Shown here in pieces: positions 26,306 through 36,200 of a stretch of 64,000 nucleotides of DNA. Both the position numbers and the translations under genes were made by a program. The stretch comes from Flavobacteriales bacterium (GTDB lineage: Bacteria; Bacteroidota; Bacteroidia; Flavobacteriales_D; Sanyastnellaceae). The stretch is from assembly GCA_049610385.1 (NCBI GenBank), contig JBMYZL010000010.1:16874-80873 (forward strand), written 5' to 3'. The notes under the pieces are model-generated. The model did no database searches, was not told where the DNA came from, and was given only the letters and a program-made list of their open reading frames with translations. Every line of letters begins with the position of its first letter. The first letter of the stretch is position 1.

Positions 26306-29146
26306 TCACTTTTCTTCACGCAAAATTTGTAGCGTTCCCGAACAATAGTCTCTCAACTCTGGCGTGTCGCTGCAATTCATCTCCAGGGTCTCCAATGTGT
26401 AATAATAGAGCCCATCGGCCAGCACTTGCCCATTTTCATTTTCACCGGCAAACGGTTCTGTGTTGTGGGTCTGCAAATAAACCCGCTTTCCCCAGCGATT
26501 GAATATGGACAACTCATATTTCAAGCATTCATTGGCTACGCCATTGAATTGCAGAATTTCATTGTCACCGTCTTTGTTGGGGGTGATGACATTGGGCACA
26601 TAAAAATTGGCCAAATCAAACTCACTTTCCAAATACTCATCCTGTGTTGCGCTGTATGCACATCCATATTGATCGGTCAAGATGAGCTCTATGGAATAGT
26701 CTCCGGTGACGTTGAATGGGTAATCAGCAATGGCTGCAACTTCGACCAAATCGCCATCGAATGACCAGTTATATGTATAGATTTCGTCAGGGTCAGGTGC
26801 ATTTGGGGTCAGTACTACCCGGTTGCATTTCACATCAAAATCAAAGGCCAAATCATCAAAAGGGGCGGGGATGATGTACTCAGAAGTGGTTTCCCCGCCA
26901 CATCCAAATTCATCATAGTACGCGTAGGTTACAAAGTAATCTCCCGGCGCTGCTGAGCCATGATTCAAGTTTGTGCCCACGACAAATGGCCCGCTTAAGG
27001 CACCTCCTGGTGGCTGAGGATCCAATGGAATGACATCCAATTCGGGACAATAGCTGGTTTCAATGTTGGGTTCGACAGTGGGAATGGGTTGAATATCGAG
27101 ATCGACAGTCAGGATGCTGTCACAGCCCAGGTTGGTCACATATTCAGCGATGTAAGTACCCGCATTGCTGACTTCGGTGCCATCTGGCAAAGTGAAACTT
27201 TCTCCTGCGCAGATGGTCTCTTCAAACAACAAATCGTAGGCAGGTTGCAATGTCAAGTTCAGAATGATGCTGCTATCACAACCCCAAACAGATTGTAAAT
27301 CAAATTCGAATACCCCAGATTCTTCCGCCAGATCGCCATCGGGCAATACATAGGGTTCGTTGGAGCAAAGCGTGGCCTCTATCCACTCGTCTTCATATGC
27401 TGGGTGCACGGTGATGTCATACACAGCCGTGCTGTCGCACCCAGTAACTGCTGAGGTGTAAATCACCTCGTACACTCCCGTGGTGTCGGCTTGAGGACCA
27501 TCGGGTATGTTGACATACTGGCCATCGCAGATGTCATAAGCGTATTCTGTGTAGATGGTCGGGATGATTTCTGCCACTGTGGTGATGGTGCTATCACATC
27601 CAGCTTGAACGGATGGAAGCACAGTTACAAAAGTGCCCGATTCGGTCAACAAGGTGCTGTCAGGGAGGTAGTAAGGGTCGTCTTGGCAAACGATGACTTC
27701 TTGGCTGATTTGGTACAGCGGGGTCTCAAAGAGTTCTGTGAGGATGATGCTATCACAACCGGCCACACTGACAAGTGTGGAGGTGTAATCTCCCGGGGTT
27801 TCGGCGACGATCCCGTCGGGCAGGACATAGGTTTCCCCTTGACAATAGTAGGCTTCTTCTGCCACAGTGATGGCATAACCAACAGTCACGGTGGTGTCGG
27901 AACTGCAGCCCGTGGTCGTTCCTGTGATGGTGTAGGTGGTGGTTTCATCAGGCGATGCCAATACCACTGGACCACTCGTGGTGCTCAATCCCGTGGCCGG
28001 CGTCCACGTGTAGGAATTGGCACCTGAGACCACAATCAGGGCGGTTTCGTCGTTGCAAACCGTGGGATAGGGTGGGTCGATTGTCAAGACCGGATAGGGT
28101 ACCACCACAACCGTGATGTCCACGGTGTCTTCACACTCGGGGTTCGTGACATACACCGAATACGTTGTGGTGGTGTCTGGATTGGCTGTGACCACGCCGG
28201 TATTCGTGTTGCTGAGTCCAGTCGAAGGAAACCATTCGTAGGTGTCCGCTCCTTCCATGGTGATTTCAACTTCACCGCCCTCACAATACACAGGGTATGT
28301 GGGGGAGATGTTCAAGGCGACACCGCCGATGGGCGTGATGGTCACAGATCCCTCTCCGTTCACATTCCCTGCGGTGCAGGTCCCTCCAGCTGGTGTCAAG
28401 CTGGATCCACCGCCACCGCCACCACCACCCACAGCGGTGGTGAATGTGACGCAATCTGAACCGCCGCCACCGCCTCCAAATCGACCCCCACCACCGCCAC
28501 CACCTGGGGCTTGGCTGCCGCAAGGGTCGGAGCCACCCGCCCCACCATTGCCAATGGTTCCGGGGAATCCAGCGTTTCCGCCGGAAGCCCAAGGGGGGCC
28601 GCCAAAGCCGCCCATGAATGACGTTCCTCCACCGCCGCCGTCTCCGTAAGTGTCCTCACCATCCACACCATTCAAACAGCCACCGTTTCCTCCGTCGGCA
28701 TCTGAAGTTCCACCGCCCATGCCACCGCCTCCAGATGCCACGGCAAGTCGTTCGCTGAATCCGTAGGGTGCAATTCGAATGTCGGATGCACCACCCCCAC
28801 CACATGAACGTGATGCGAAGGGACTCGCATTGGCTCCATTCCCCCCGCCATTCCAGCCGCCTGTGAAGCAATCGCCTTCGCCGCCCACACGAATTTCCAG
28901 GACATCACCGGAGAAGACATCAATTGTGGCGGTCACAGTGGCGCCGTTGCCACCATTTGTGCCTCCGCCGGCGCCACCTTTCAAAGTGACTTCCAATTGA
29001 TTGACACAGGGCGGGACGGTGTAGGTTTGGACTGAACCTGTGTAATTGAAGACTACCGGGGTTTGGGTAAAAGCAGATTTGGAGGTGAAGACCAAGACGC
29101 AAATGGTCAGGACCCATTGGGTAAAGAGAAGGATGTTCTTGCTCAT
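26306..29146 (-). CDS. Large T9SS type-B cargo: glycine-rich N-terminal domain, Ig-like domains, five Cys-containing tandem repeats and a gliding-motility-type C-terminal sorting domain
   Basis: Signal peptide from the ATG at 29146 (MSKNILLFTQWVLTICVLVFTSKSAFTQ). Gly-rich block at aa 64-254. Repeats are listed separately. The C-terminus NFYVPNVITPNKDGDNEILQFNG...YELSIFNRWGKRVY is the type-B (CHU_C) sorting domain. Confidence 0.8.
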   Translation of the reverse strand: MSKNILLFTQWVLTICVLVFTSKSAFTQTPVVFNYTGSVQTYTVPPCVNQLEVTLKGGAGGGTNGGNGATVTATIDVFSGDVLEIRVGGEGDCFTGGWNGGGNGANASPFASRSCGGGGASDIRIAPYGFSERLAVASGGGGMGGGTSDADGGNGGCLNGVDGEDTYGDGGGGGTSFMGGFGGPPWASGGNAGFPGTIGNGGAGGSDPCGSQAPGGGGGGGRFGGGGGGSDCVTFTTAVGGGGGGGGSSLTPAGGTCTAGNVNGEGSVTITPIGGVALNISPTYPVYCEGGEVEITMEGADTYEWFPSTGLSNTNTGVVTANPDTTTTYSVYVTNPECEDTVDITVVVVPYPVLTIDPPYPTVCNDETALIVVSGANSYTWTPATGLSTTSGPVVLASPDETTTYTITGTTTGCSSDTTVTVGYAITVAEEAYYCQGETYVLPDGIVAETPGDYTSTLVSVAGCDSIILTELFETPLYQISQEVIVCQDDPYYLPDSTLLTESGTFVTVLPSVQAGCDSTITTVAEIIPTIYTEYAYDICDGQYVNIPDGPQADTTGVYEVIYTSAVTGCDSTAVYDITVHPAYEDEWIEATLCSNEPYVLPDGDLAEESGVFEFDLQSVWGCDSSIILNLTLQPAYDLLFEETICAGESFTLPDGTEVSNAGTYIAEYVTNLGCDSILTVDLDIQPIPTVEPNIETSYCPELDVIPLDPQPPGGALSGPFVVGTNLNHGSAAPGDYFVTYAYYDEFGCGGETTSEYIIPAPFDDLAFDFDVKCNRVVLTPNAPDPDEIYTYNWSFDGDLVEVAAIADYPFNVTGDYSIELILTDQYGCAYSATQDEYLESEFDLANFYVPNVITPNKDGDNEILQFNGVANECLKYELSIFNRWGKRVYLQTHNTEPFAGENENGQVLADGLYYYTLETLEMNCSDTPELRDYCSGTLQILREEK
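27083..27850 (-). repeat. Five tandem repeats of about 50 aa (C-x-G/D-x-x-Y-x-L/IPDG-x6-G-x-Y/F-x9-11-GCDS-x7-L-x4-P-x-Y) inside the 26306-29146 gene
   Basis: Read directly from the translation: YCQGETYVLPDG..GDYTSTLVSVAGCDSIILTELFETPLY; VCQDDPYYLPDS..GTFVTVLPSVQAGCDSTITTVAEIIPTIY; ICDGQYVNIPDG..GVYEVIYTSAVTGCDSTAVYDITVHPAY; LCSNEPYVLPDG..GVFEFDLQSVWGCDSSIILNLTLQPAY; ICAGESFTLPDG..GTYIAEYVTNLGCDSILTVDLDIQPIP. Confidence 0.75.
28400..28980 (-). repeat. Low-complexity GGN-codon (glycine-rich) coding region
   Basis: Runs such as GGGGGGGRFGGGGGGS and GGGGGGGGSS. The plus strand therefore reads ccaccgccaccgccaccaccaccc and produces a spurious Pro-rich antisense ORF (28242-28649). Confidence 0.8.
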
Positions 29147-29229
29147 GGTTGGTGCCAAAATAGGCATACTTCATCAACTCTTTGCATTCCAAAAGGTTGC
29201 AAATTGCCACTTGAATTGGTTTTTGGACA

Positions 29230-29712
29230 TTGGAACGGAAGATGGAAGGAATTTATAAACGGACACTTGAACAATTGGATGCGGCGGATGCTGAACTTTT
29301 GGATTCAGCATTCGAAGCCGCGGCCTCAGCCTATGCACCCCATTCGAAGTTTCATGTCGGAGCTGCCGCTCGTCTATCATCAGGTCGATTGGTGGTCGGG
29401 AGCAATCAGGAAAATGTGGCTTTTCCCTCGGGATTGTGCGCTGAGAGGGTGGCGGCATTTGCTGCGGGAGCTCAATTTCCGAATGATTCGATTGAAGTGA
29501 TGGCCATTGTCACCACCAATGGTGAGAAAGTTCTCGGCGGCTTCAGCCCATGTGGTGGGTGCCGTCAGGTGCTCTTTGAAAGCGAAGAACGTCAGGAACA
29601 GCCAATCCGCCTAATTCTTCAGGGGGGGCGAGATGCCGAAATCATGGAGGTGACCTCTGCCGCAGTGCTGTTGCCGTTGGCCTTTAAGGCCCGAGGCTTG
29701 GGTGAGGATTGA
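29230..29712 (+). CDS. cdd: Cytidine deaminase
   Basis: The zinc-binding motifs LCAERVA (C/H-A-E) and PCGGCRQV (PCxxC), an N-terminal APHSKFHVGAA, and a 160-aa length. Confidence 0.85.
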   Translation: MERKMEGIYKRTLEQLDAADAELLDSAFEAAASAYAPHSKFHVGAAARLSSGRLVVGSNQENVAFPSGLCAERVAAFAAGAQFPNDSIEVMAIVTTNGEKVLGGFSPCGGCRQVLFESEERQEQPIRLILQGGRDAEIMEVTSAAVLLPLAFKARGLGED

Positions 29713-29726
29713 ACCCAGATTCAAAA

Positions 29727-30632
29727 TCAATTGAACGCCACAGTCCAGCTGATCCAAGGAATGGGAATGGTGACGTCATCGACCATTAGCATGACCATGG
29801 CGTAATCAAACAAAGAGTCCTTATTCTCAGAAGCGCGGCGAATTCCCAAACTGAACAGTCCAGCATTGTCGCCAGCACTGGTGATTAAGTAGTTTTCGCT
29901 CATGAGCCAGGTGCGTTCATTCATGTTGGTCATGAAGGACACGTTCAAAATGAGGTTGGGGTTGTTCGAGGGAAAGGCTGAACCTGCTCCCAAAGTCAAA
30001 TTCGACATTTCACGTCCGAAAGTCACATTGCCAAAACCAATTCCGAGGGGTTCATCAATCAATCCATTGAAGGGAACCACGACAATTCCACCCATCGAGC
30101 CGAAAACCCCTCCGTTTTGGACATCGCCGGAAAATGTTGCCCCAAGTTTGGCAGAGCCGCCCAAACCCAGAAAGGGAACAAAAGGAACACCCAATGTCAG
30201 TTGATCCGTAACCCCATAAGATACTTGGTTGTAAATGAGATAGCCATTTTGATAATAGCCTTCCCCCGCTTGCAATTGAATTCCACTTGGGGCGAAGAAA
30301 TAACGGCTGGATTGAGGATTGTAACGTTTGGGAGCCACCACAAATGGCTGATTCGAAACTTCCATGCTGATCATGTCAATCTTTCGGATGATCATGATGC
30401 CGAGCTCCAAGCTCTCAACGCGGATGAACTCGTCGTTCTTTTCGATTACACGCCCACGGATTTCCTGTCCATTCACCAGTTGGACCTGCACATATTCTGA
30501 AACTTGGGTTTCTACCGTATCGGTTGACAACGTTTGCCCCAAGGACAAATTGGACCAGAAAATCAAAAAAAGGAAGAGAGCAATGCTCAAGGCCCACCTT
30601 TGAAGATGAATTGCATTGGAGTTCATGAACAT
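29727..30632 (-). CDS. Outer-membrane beta-barrel-like hypothetical protein (paralogue of 8940-10001), last gene of the VTC operon
   Basis: Signal peptide (ALSIALFLFLIFWSNLSLGQ). A small N-terminal beta domain (VQVQLVNGQEIRGRVIEKNDEFIRVES). SRYFFAPSGIQLQAGEGYYQN and FGNVTFG are shared with the 8940 product. The C-terminus is WISWTVAFN. Confidence 0.6.
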   Translation of the reverse strand: MFMNSNAIHLQRWALSIALFLFLIFWSNLSLGQTLSTDTVETQVSEYVQVQLVNGQEIRGRVIEKNDEFIRVESLELGIMIIRKIDMISMEVSNQPFVVAPKRYNPQSSRYFFAPSGIQLQAGEGYYQNGYLIYNQVSYGVTDQLTLGVPFVPFLGLGGSAKLGATFSGDVQNGGVFGSMGGIVVVPFNGLIDEPLGIGFGNVTFGREMSNLTLGAGSAFPSNNPNLILNVSFMTNMNERTWLMSENYLITSAGDNAGLFSLGIRRASENKDSLFDYAMVMLMVDDVTIPIPWISWTVAFN

Positions 30633-30702
30633 GGTTTCAGACTTGATGTTGTGGTGGCAATTTTAGTCACGAAATCTCAATTGTGAGCGCAGCATCAGAA
30701 AA

Positions 30703-31419
30703 TCAGCTGTTCGATTTCTTCTTCTGTCTGTACTTCATCCAACGATCCAAATCCAAAGAGGCGCCTGCGTTCAGAATGGCTCTGGCCCCTTGAATCGGAT
30801 CATCTGTGGGCGCATCCCAGATCAATTTGGCTTGCAGAGCGATTCGCTTGTTCAATTCGTGTTCTATGCTGGCGAACAGGCGAAATCCGTTCATTGTACC
30901 AGCGGTACTGCCGGACCGCGTGCCGCCTGGGATGAAGACTTCTCCTCCACATTTGCCATCCCAATCTTTTTGGATACGAAAGCTACAAGTCATCTTCAGG
31001 CGGCTGACTCGATTGGGCCAGGTGCCTCGGTCGTCACTCAGGACATCCGTGTATTTCCACTGATGGCGCAAACGAATGATGGCCTTGAAATCGCCCCACC
31101 TCTGGTCAAACTCAACTTGGGCATGATAGCGGTGAGCCAAATGATTGATGTTCATGGCAGGCCCTTCGCCTTGAAATCGATAGCCCAATCCCAGTTGCCA
31201 TTGATCGGATGCCTTGAATTCAAAACCAGTTTCCAAGTAGTTGCGGTCCACTTGATTGCCTTCTCTTCGGTGTCCGTACTCGGCTTGAACTTTGAAGGGG
31301 CCGGGCAATCCATAACCACCAGAGACATCCCACCAAGTGCAGGGAGTCTGTCCCCAAACGCCATTGGAAGTCTGGATGATCAAGGCAAGAAGCAACCATG
31401 GAATGAGACGAACGCGCAT
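30703..31419 (-). CDS. DUF2490-like outer-membrane protein
   Basis: Signal peptide. Repeated amphipathic strands with an R/Y/W-rich pattern (LGLGYRFQGE, HRYHAQVEF, IRLRHQWKY, RLKMTCSFRI). The DUF2490 name is recalled from its usual co-occurrence with VTC/DUF4956 genes and has not been searched. Confidence 0.5.
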   Translation of the reverse strand: MRVRLIPWLLLALIIQTSNGVWGQTPCTWWDVSGGYGLPGPFKVQAEYGHRREGNQVDRNYLETGFEFKASDQWQLGLGYRFQGEGPAMNINHLAHRYHAQVEFDQRWGDFKAIIRLRHQWKYTDVLSDDRGTWPNRVSRLKMTCSFRIQKDWDGKCGGEVFIPGGTRSGSTAGTMNGFRLFASIEHELNKRIALQAKLIWDAPTDDPIQGARAILNAGASLDLDRWMKYRQKKKSNS

Positions 31420-31431
31420 CGAATTCGAAGG

Positions 31432-31866
31432 TCAATTGTCCAGGACGGTCAGGGTGCCTAGGTTCACGGTGTCCCTTTTTTCCACAATTTCCACGGTTTT
31501 CATGATGACGGTGTCCCCGGCGGGAAAAGCACCTGTGCTGTCCCGGGAATATGCGAAAACGGTGTAGCTCCCTGGAAGGAGATAACTGAACCGAAAGGTC
31601 CCATCGAAATGGGATGTAGTCTTGTCCCCATACATGTCCTCATCCCCATAGATGATGAAAACATCGTGATCACCTTTGAAATCTTGGTGAATAATTTGGC
31701 CAAAATTGGAGGTGTATTCCACTTCATAGATGCGACCTTCGATGACAGCACGTCCGCCTTCACCCGGCCCCATTCGGCAACCTGCGAACAGAAATGCCGC
31801 AAGACCCCATGCCCCAATCCAGTTACTCGGATTTGTGGTAGTCTGAAAAAGCTTGGTCATCGTCAT
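31432..31866 (-). CDS. Lipoprotein with a carboxypeptidase-regulatory-like (CarboxypepD_reg) beta-sandwich
   Basis: Lipobox LFAGC. The core GRAVIEGRIYE...GDKTTSHFDGTFRFSYLLPGSYTVFAYS is typical of CarboxypepD_reg-type domains. Possible starts are 31866, 31860 or 31896, and all overlap the upstream gene's 3' end. Confidence 0.55.
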   Translation of the reverse strand: MTMTKLFQTTTNPSNWIGAWGLAAFLFAGCRMGPGEGGRAVIEGRIYEVEYTSNFGQIIHQDFKGDHDVFIIYGDEDMYGDKTTSHFDGTFRFSYLLPGSYTVFAYSRDSTGAFPAGDTVIMKTVEIVEKRDTVNLGTLTVLDN

Positions 31867-32452
31867 AATAATAGATGCGCACTTGCGCAGTGTCATTCAA
31901 AAAATCGATGCGGCCTATATCAAAACGATTGATTTTGAGACCAGTCCGGGATTCCAAGTCCGTATGCATTTCTTCAGCGCGCTCGGGAACGATCAAGTCA
32001 ATGCGCTCGTAGATGACTGTCTTGCGGGTTTCGTGTTTGAGTAACCACAAATACTCAAGACCAAAGGTCATGGCGACCACAACGGCATTGATCAAAAGTG
32101 TCTCTGCGACACTGATTCGGTTGGCAGCCAAGGCATTGACAACGGAAATTCCGATGACAATGAACAGGTAGGTCATCTCTTTGATGTCGATGGCATTTGT
32201 TCGGTAGCGGATGATTCCGAAAATCGCAAACAGCCCCAAGCCCATGCCCGTATCGATGTCCAGCTTTTTCAATCCAAAACACAAGAAAAATGTCACCAAA
32301 CCGATGAGGTAATAGGTGAACAAGTAATCTTTGCGTTTGGTCTTGGGATAATAGAGGAAACGCACGATGACGGTCATGAAAACCAAATTGGCAATCAGCC
32401 TTGCGAGCAACTTGTAAAAGTCACCGTCCATCCACGTGATTTCAAATGGCAT
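31823..32452 (-). CDS. DUF4956-family multi-TM protein
   Basis: Four or five TM helices, the conserved-looking FGIIRYRTNAIDIKEMTYLF, and a soluble C-terminal domain of about 70 aa. It immediately follows (11-nt overlap) a VTC-domain gene, the standard pairing for DUF4956. Confidence 0.65.
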   Translation of the reverse strand: MPFEITWMDGDFYKLLARLIANLVFMTVIVRFLYYPKTKRKDYLFTYYLIGLVTFFLCFGLKKLDIDTGMGLGLFAIFGIIRYRTNAIDIKEMTYLFIVIGISVVNALAANRISVAETLLINAVVVAMTFGLEYLWLLKHETRKTVIYERIDLIVPERAEEMHTDLESRTGLKINRFDIGRIDFLNDTAQVRIYYYDDDQAFSDYHKSE

Positions 32453-33230
32453 TTTTCTTCAGTTTAGAAAGTTTACGGCGTTTGGCCTTGAATCGATTGG
32501 CCTTGAGGCCGTCTTGTGTATCCACGAGACCCATGCAGTATTTGCTGATTCGTTCTGGACGAATCTGGGATGCTTTCGCCCATCGGGCAAAAGGTGACCT
32601 GCGATTGATGCCAGATTGTTTCAATTCGGCAATGCAAACGCCAGACCACTGGGTCAGTTCCAGTTCGCTCGATTGCGTCCCGAGGCTGGGCGTTGCCACT
32701 TCAATGTTCCAATCCAATGTGAGGCGTTCTGTGTGTTCGTGGTTCACCAGTGTGATGCGATCAAATCGGTTGAACAGGGAAGGATGCAGGCTCAAAGGAC
32801 TCACCTCTTGTTCCGCAATGAAGCGAAGCTGGGAATCATCGAAATGGGGGGCCAATTGAGGCAGTCTCAATCTCCTTTTATCGGTGAGACCTTTCCGTTT
32901 CAATTTGACCTCCAAAAACACCAAGCCCGAATCCACATAAGATCGTTTCCGGACTTTGTGCCGTCGAACTTTTCGGCTGTGGTGAGCAAAGTAAAGTTGG
33001 TGATTTGGATGATCGTAATACAGGGTTTCATATCGAGAACTCCGACGGTTGTCTACAGATAGCACCGCATAATGTGCATCGAGCAATTGAAGGGCTTGAA
33101 GCAACTGAGCTGCTGACAACAGGTATTTGGTGTCTTTGCGTCGGAGCAATTCCACACTGTCCATTTCTTCGAGAGAAATGGCTGAGTAGCGGTCCAGGAC
33201 TTCTGGGAACGAATCTGACAGGTCGATCAT
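32442..33230 (-). CDS. VTC-domain protein (CYTH/triphosphate-tunnel, 'polyphosphate polymerase domain-containing protein')
   Basis: LRRKDTKYLL, RYETLYYD, a basic HHSRKVRRHKVRKRSY stretch, VFLEVKLKRKG and ICIAELK fit the charged beta-tunnel strands of VTC/CYTH domains. About 260 aa, with no TM. Confidence 0.7.
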   Translation of the reverse strand: MIDLSDSFPEVLDRYSAISLEEMDSVELLRRKDTKYLLSAAQLLQALQLLDAHYAVLSVDNRRSSRYETLYYDHPNHQLYFAHHSRKVRRHKVRKRSYVDSGLVFLEVKLKRKGLTDKRRLRLPQLAPHFDDSQLRFIAEQEVSPLSLHPSLFNRFDRITLVNHEHTERLTLDWNIEVATPSLGTQSSELELTQWSGVCIAELKQSGINRRSPFARWAKASQIRPERISKYCMGLVDTQDGLKANRFKAKRRKLSKLKKNAI

Positions 33231-33280
33231 GCAGGTTGATTGCGACGTCCGAAGATAGGGAAGTTGGGTAACTTGTCCCC

Positions 33281-36200
33281 ATGATTCGATTATCCTTTTC
33301 GCTTTTGCTCATTGGGGCTTTTGTCCTCCCGATTTGGAGCCAAACCGTCCCCCAGACTCCCTATGGATTCGCCACTTCAGACCCGGACTGGGTTCGGCTG
33401 ATGTACGAGGCGGTTGCAAATGGAGATAAGTCTGAGACCACCTTGGAAGCCGTCCGGGAGGCTTATGCCCATTTTCATTCGAATCATCCCTTTGAGAAAA
33501 CACGGCATACGCAGTTCTACAAGCGTTGGGTGCGGCAATCGGACTTGAAGGGTCACCGTCGAGATGTGCTTGGAGGTGTTGCCAATCGTTTGTCAGGGGC
33601 ATGGTCTGAGCTTGGACCCTGGCATTACGATCCGGAGGTGGCCATGGACTTTCAGGTGCAGTCGCCAGGAGCATGCCATGTGTACACTGTGGACCAAGCG
33701 GCTTCGAATCACGAGGTGGTCTGGGCTGGAACGGCGACAGCGGGGGCATGGAAATCGACGGACCATGGCGCTCATTGGAATTTGATGACCCGGGAATTGC
33801 CCTTTGGAAGCGTATATGCCATTGCCATCCATCCAGAGGATCCTGATCGGGTCTGGATTGGTGAAGGAGATGGCCAATTGTGGAGAACCACAGATGGAGG
33901 AGATTCCTGGAGTGTATGCGGCGGCAGCGCATTTGGCAGCGTAGATCGGTGGTATCGAGACCTCAAGATTTGGCCAGATTCCTTGGGAGGGCATTTCTTG
34001 TTGGCAGCCACGAATTATGGAATGTGGCGCAGTGAAGATGGCGGGGAGACCATGGACTACATTGGAGCTGGGGAGTTTATGGAGTTAGAGGCCCATCCAG
34101 AGAACGCAGAGGTAATTTACACTGTGGAACTGGTGGGCAACAACACGGCGTTTCGAAAATCTTTGGATGGTGGCCAAACCTTCCTGACCGCATCAGAATC
34201 GGGAGGTTTGGGTTGGCCTACGACTCCAACGAGTGAGCATGAACAAAGACGCTGTGAGATTTCGGTGACTCCGGCGAATCCAAGTAAAATCATGGTGTTG
34301 GCCTCAGGCTCTACTCCGGAAGGCAGTGGTTTGTATGGCATTTATGTCAGCGATGATGAGGGAGCCACTTTCAGCCAGACCTGTTGCGGGGACGGACCCG
34401 GCGGACCTTGGGATGCAGAGAACAACCCGAACATCCTGGGTTGGTCCGGCGATGGCACGGGAGATGGAGGTCAGTTTTACTATGATTTGGCTTTGGGTTT
34501 GTCTCCCACGGATTCAGAGCGCGCATTTGCTGCGGGAATTAGCGTTTGGAGAAGTTTGAATGGTGGGGGCAATTGGAGTCTGAATGGCCATTGGGTCACA
34601 TGGTCTGGGGAATTCACGGCTGACCGCTACACCCATGCAGACGTTCATGACATCAAGTTTTTTGAGCGTTTGGATGGCACAGTGGACATGTGGGTGGCGT
34701 CGGATGGTGGACTTCACCATTCTGGAGATCAAGGGGATCACATGGAACCACGTATGTATGGCATTCAAGGCACTGATTTCTGGGGGTGGCAGGCAGGTTG
34801 GCGCAGCCCGGATGTCATGGTCGGGGGCACCTACCACAACGGCACATTGATTCGGAATGGGGACATTTACCACTGGGGAGCTGAAAGTGATACCGCAGGT
34901 GGTTGGCTAGCTGAGCTCGCGGGTGACAACTTCAGGGGTTTTGTCAACCCGGCGGATGCAACCCGAGGATACCACGATGGTGGGGCCTTCGAATTCAGTG
35001 ATGATCGTTGGACCCGGATTCAAGGATTGGCTTTTGACGGGGACAAGAAGCCCAACACAAGCTATTTCATCGGAGAATATGGAAATTTAGAATGGGACCC
35101 GAGATGTTCGAATTGCATGTACTCACCTGTTGGTAATTCACTGTGGTACAGTTCAAATGGGGGAGTCTCATGGATTGAATTGCACAACTTTGGTGGGGAC
35201 AAAATCATTTCCGTCAAGGTGAGTCCGCGCCATCCGGAGCGCATCTATGTTTCACACAAGAATACCGGATCCAATTGGCGGATTCATCGTTCTGATGATG
35301 GCGGGGAGAATTGGACGAATGTGTCGATGAATGTTGCAGAAAATGGCGGAAATTCCAACCGTCCGATTTACCTCGAAGTCGATGGGGACAACCCGGACCG
35401 GGTGTGGGCCATTCTCACAGGGAGTCAAAATGGACACAAAGTTTTCGAATCGCAGAATGCGGGGGAAAGCTGGCAGGACCTGACCACGCCAACGCTTGAA
35501 GACCAGCGCGTCATCAGCATTGCCCATCAACGGGGGACTTCAGGGGGGCTTTATTTGGGAACCTTGGGACAGGTGTATTTCCGGGATGATGTGTCCATGG
35601 ATTGGGCAATTGTGGGTACATCCGGTCTTCCTGTCCGGACGACCCATTTGTTTTTGCAGCCCAACTACTGCGATGGGACCTTGCGCAGCGCTGGAAACCG
35701 AGGGGTGCATGAGGTGGATTTTGTTCAGCCTTCAGCCGTCCGGTCTGGATTCATGGCAGATCGCTTGGAGGTGAATTTGGCCTCTCCCTGTGAGACCCCA
35801 CCCGTTCGCTTTTCAGAGGTGGCTGTCGCAGGTTGCGGCGACTTGACAGTTGAATGGTCATTCCCTGGAGGGACCCCGAACACCGCTGCCGGACCGGAAG
35901 TCTTGGTGCAGTATGACACGCCCGGGTCCTATGACGTGACTTGCACTGTGACGGATTCTGCCGGCAACCCAGATACGTGGACTTGGGCTGACATGATCCA
36001 GGTCGTAGATGATCCCGTGCTCCCGAGTGGTGGGTTCACGGAAGGATTTGATGGGACTCAATTTCCACCTGAAAATTGGCGGATGGAGACCCCGGGACAT
36101 CCTTGGGAACAGGCCTGGGATTTGTGGGATGCAGAGAATGGGGTTGCCCAATTCCCGAATTACTGGGTCGACACCGAAGGTGCCATGGATTTGCTCATCA

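Noticed and set aside
28242-28649. 135-aa plus-strand ORF that is extremely proline-rich (PPPPPPPTAVV...PPPPPPNRPPPPPPPG)
   Set aside because: It is the antisense reading of the GGN-codon glycine-rich region of the 26306-29146 gene. It has no independent start context and the minus-strand gene is clearly real.
30790-31461. 223-aa plus-strand ORF
   Set aside because: It lies antisense to the DUF2490-like gene within a tightly packed minus-strand operon. It has no signal or motif features.
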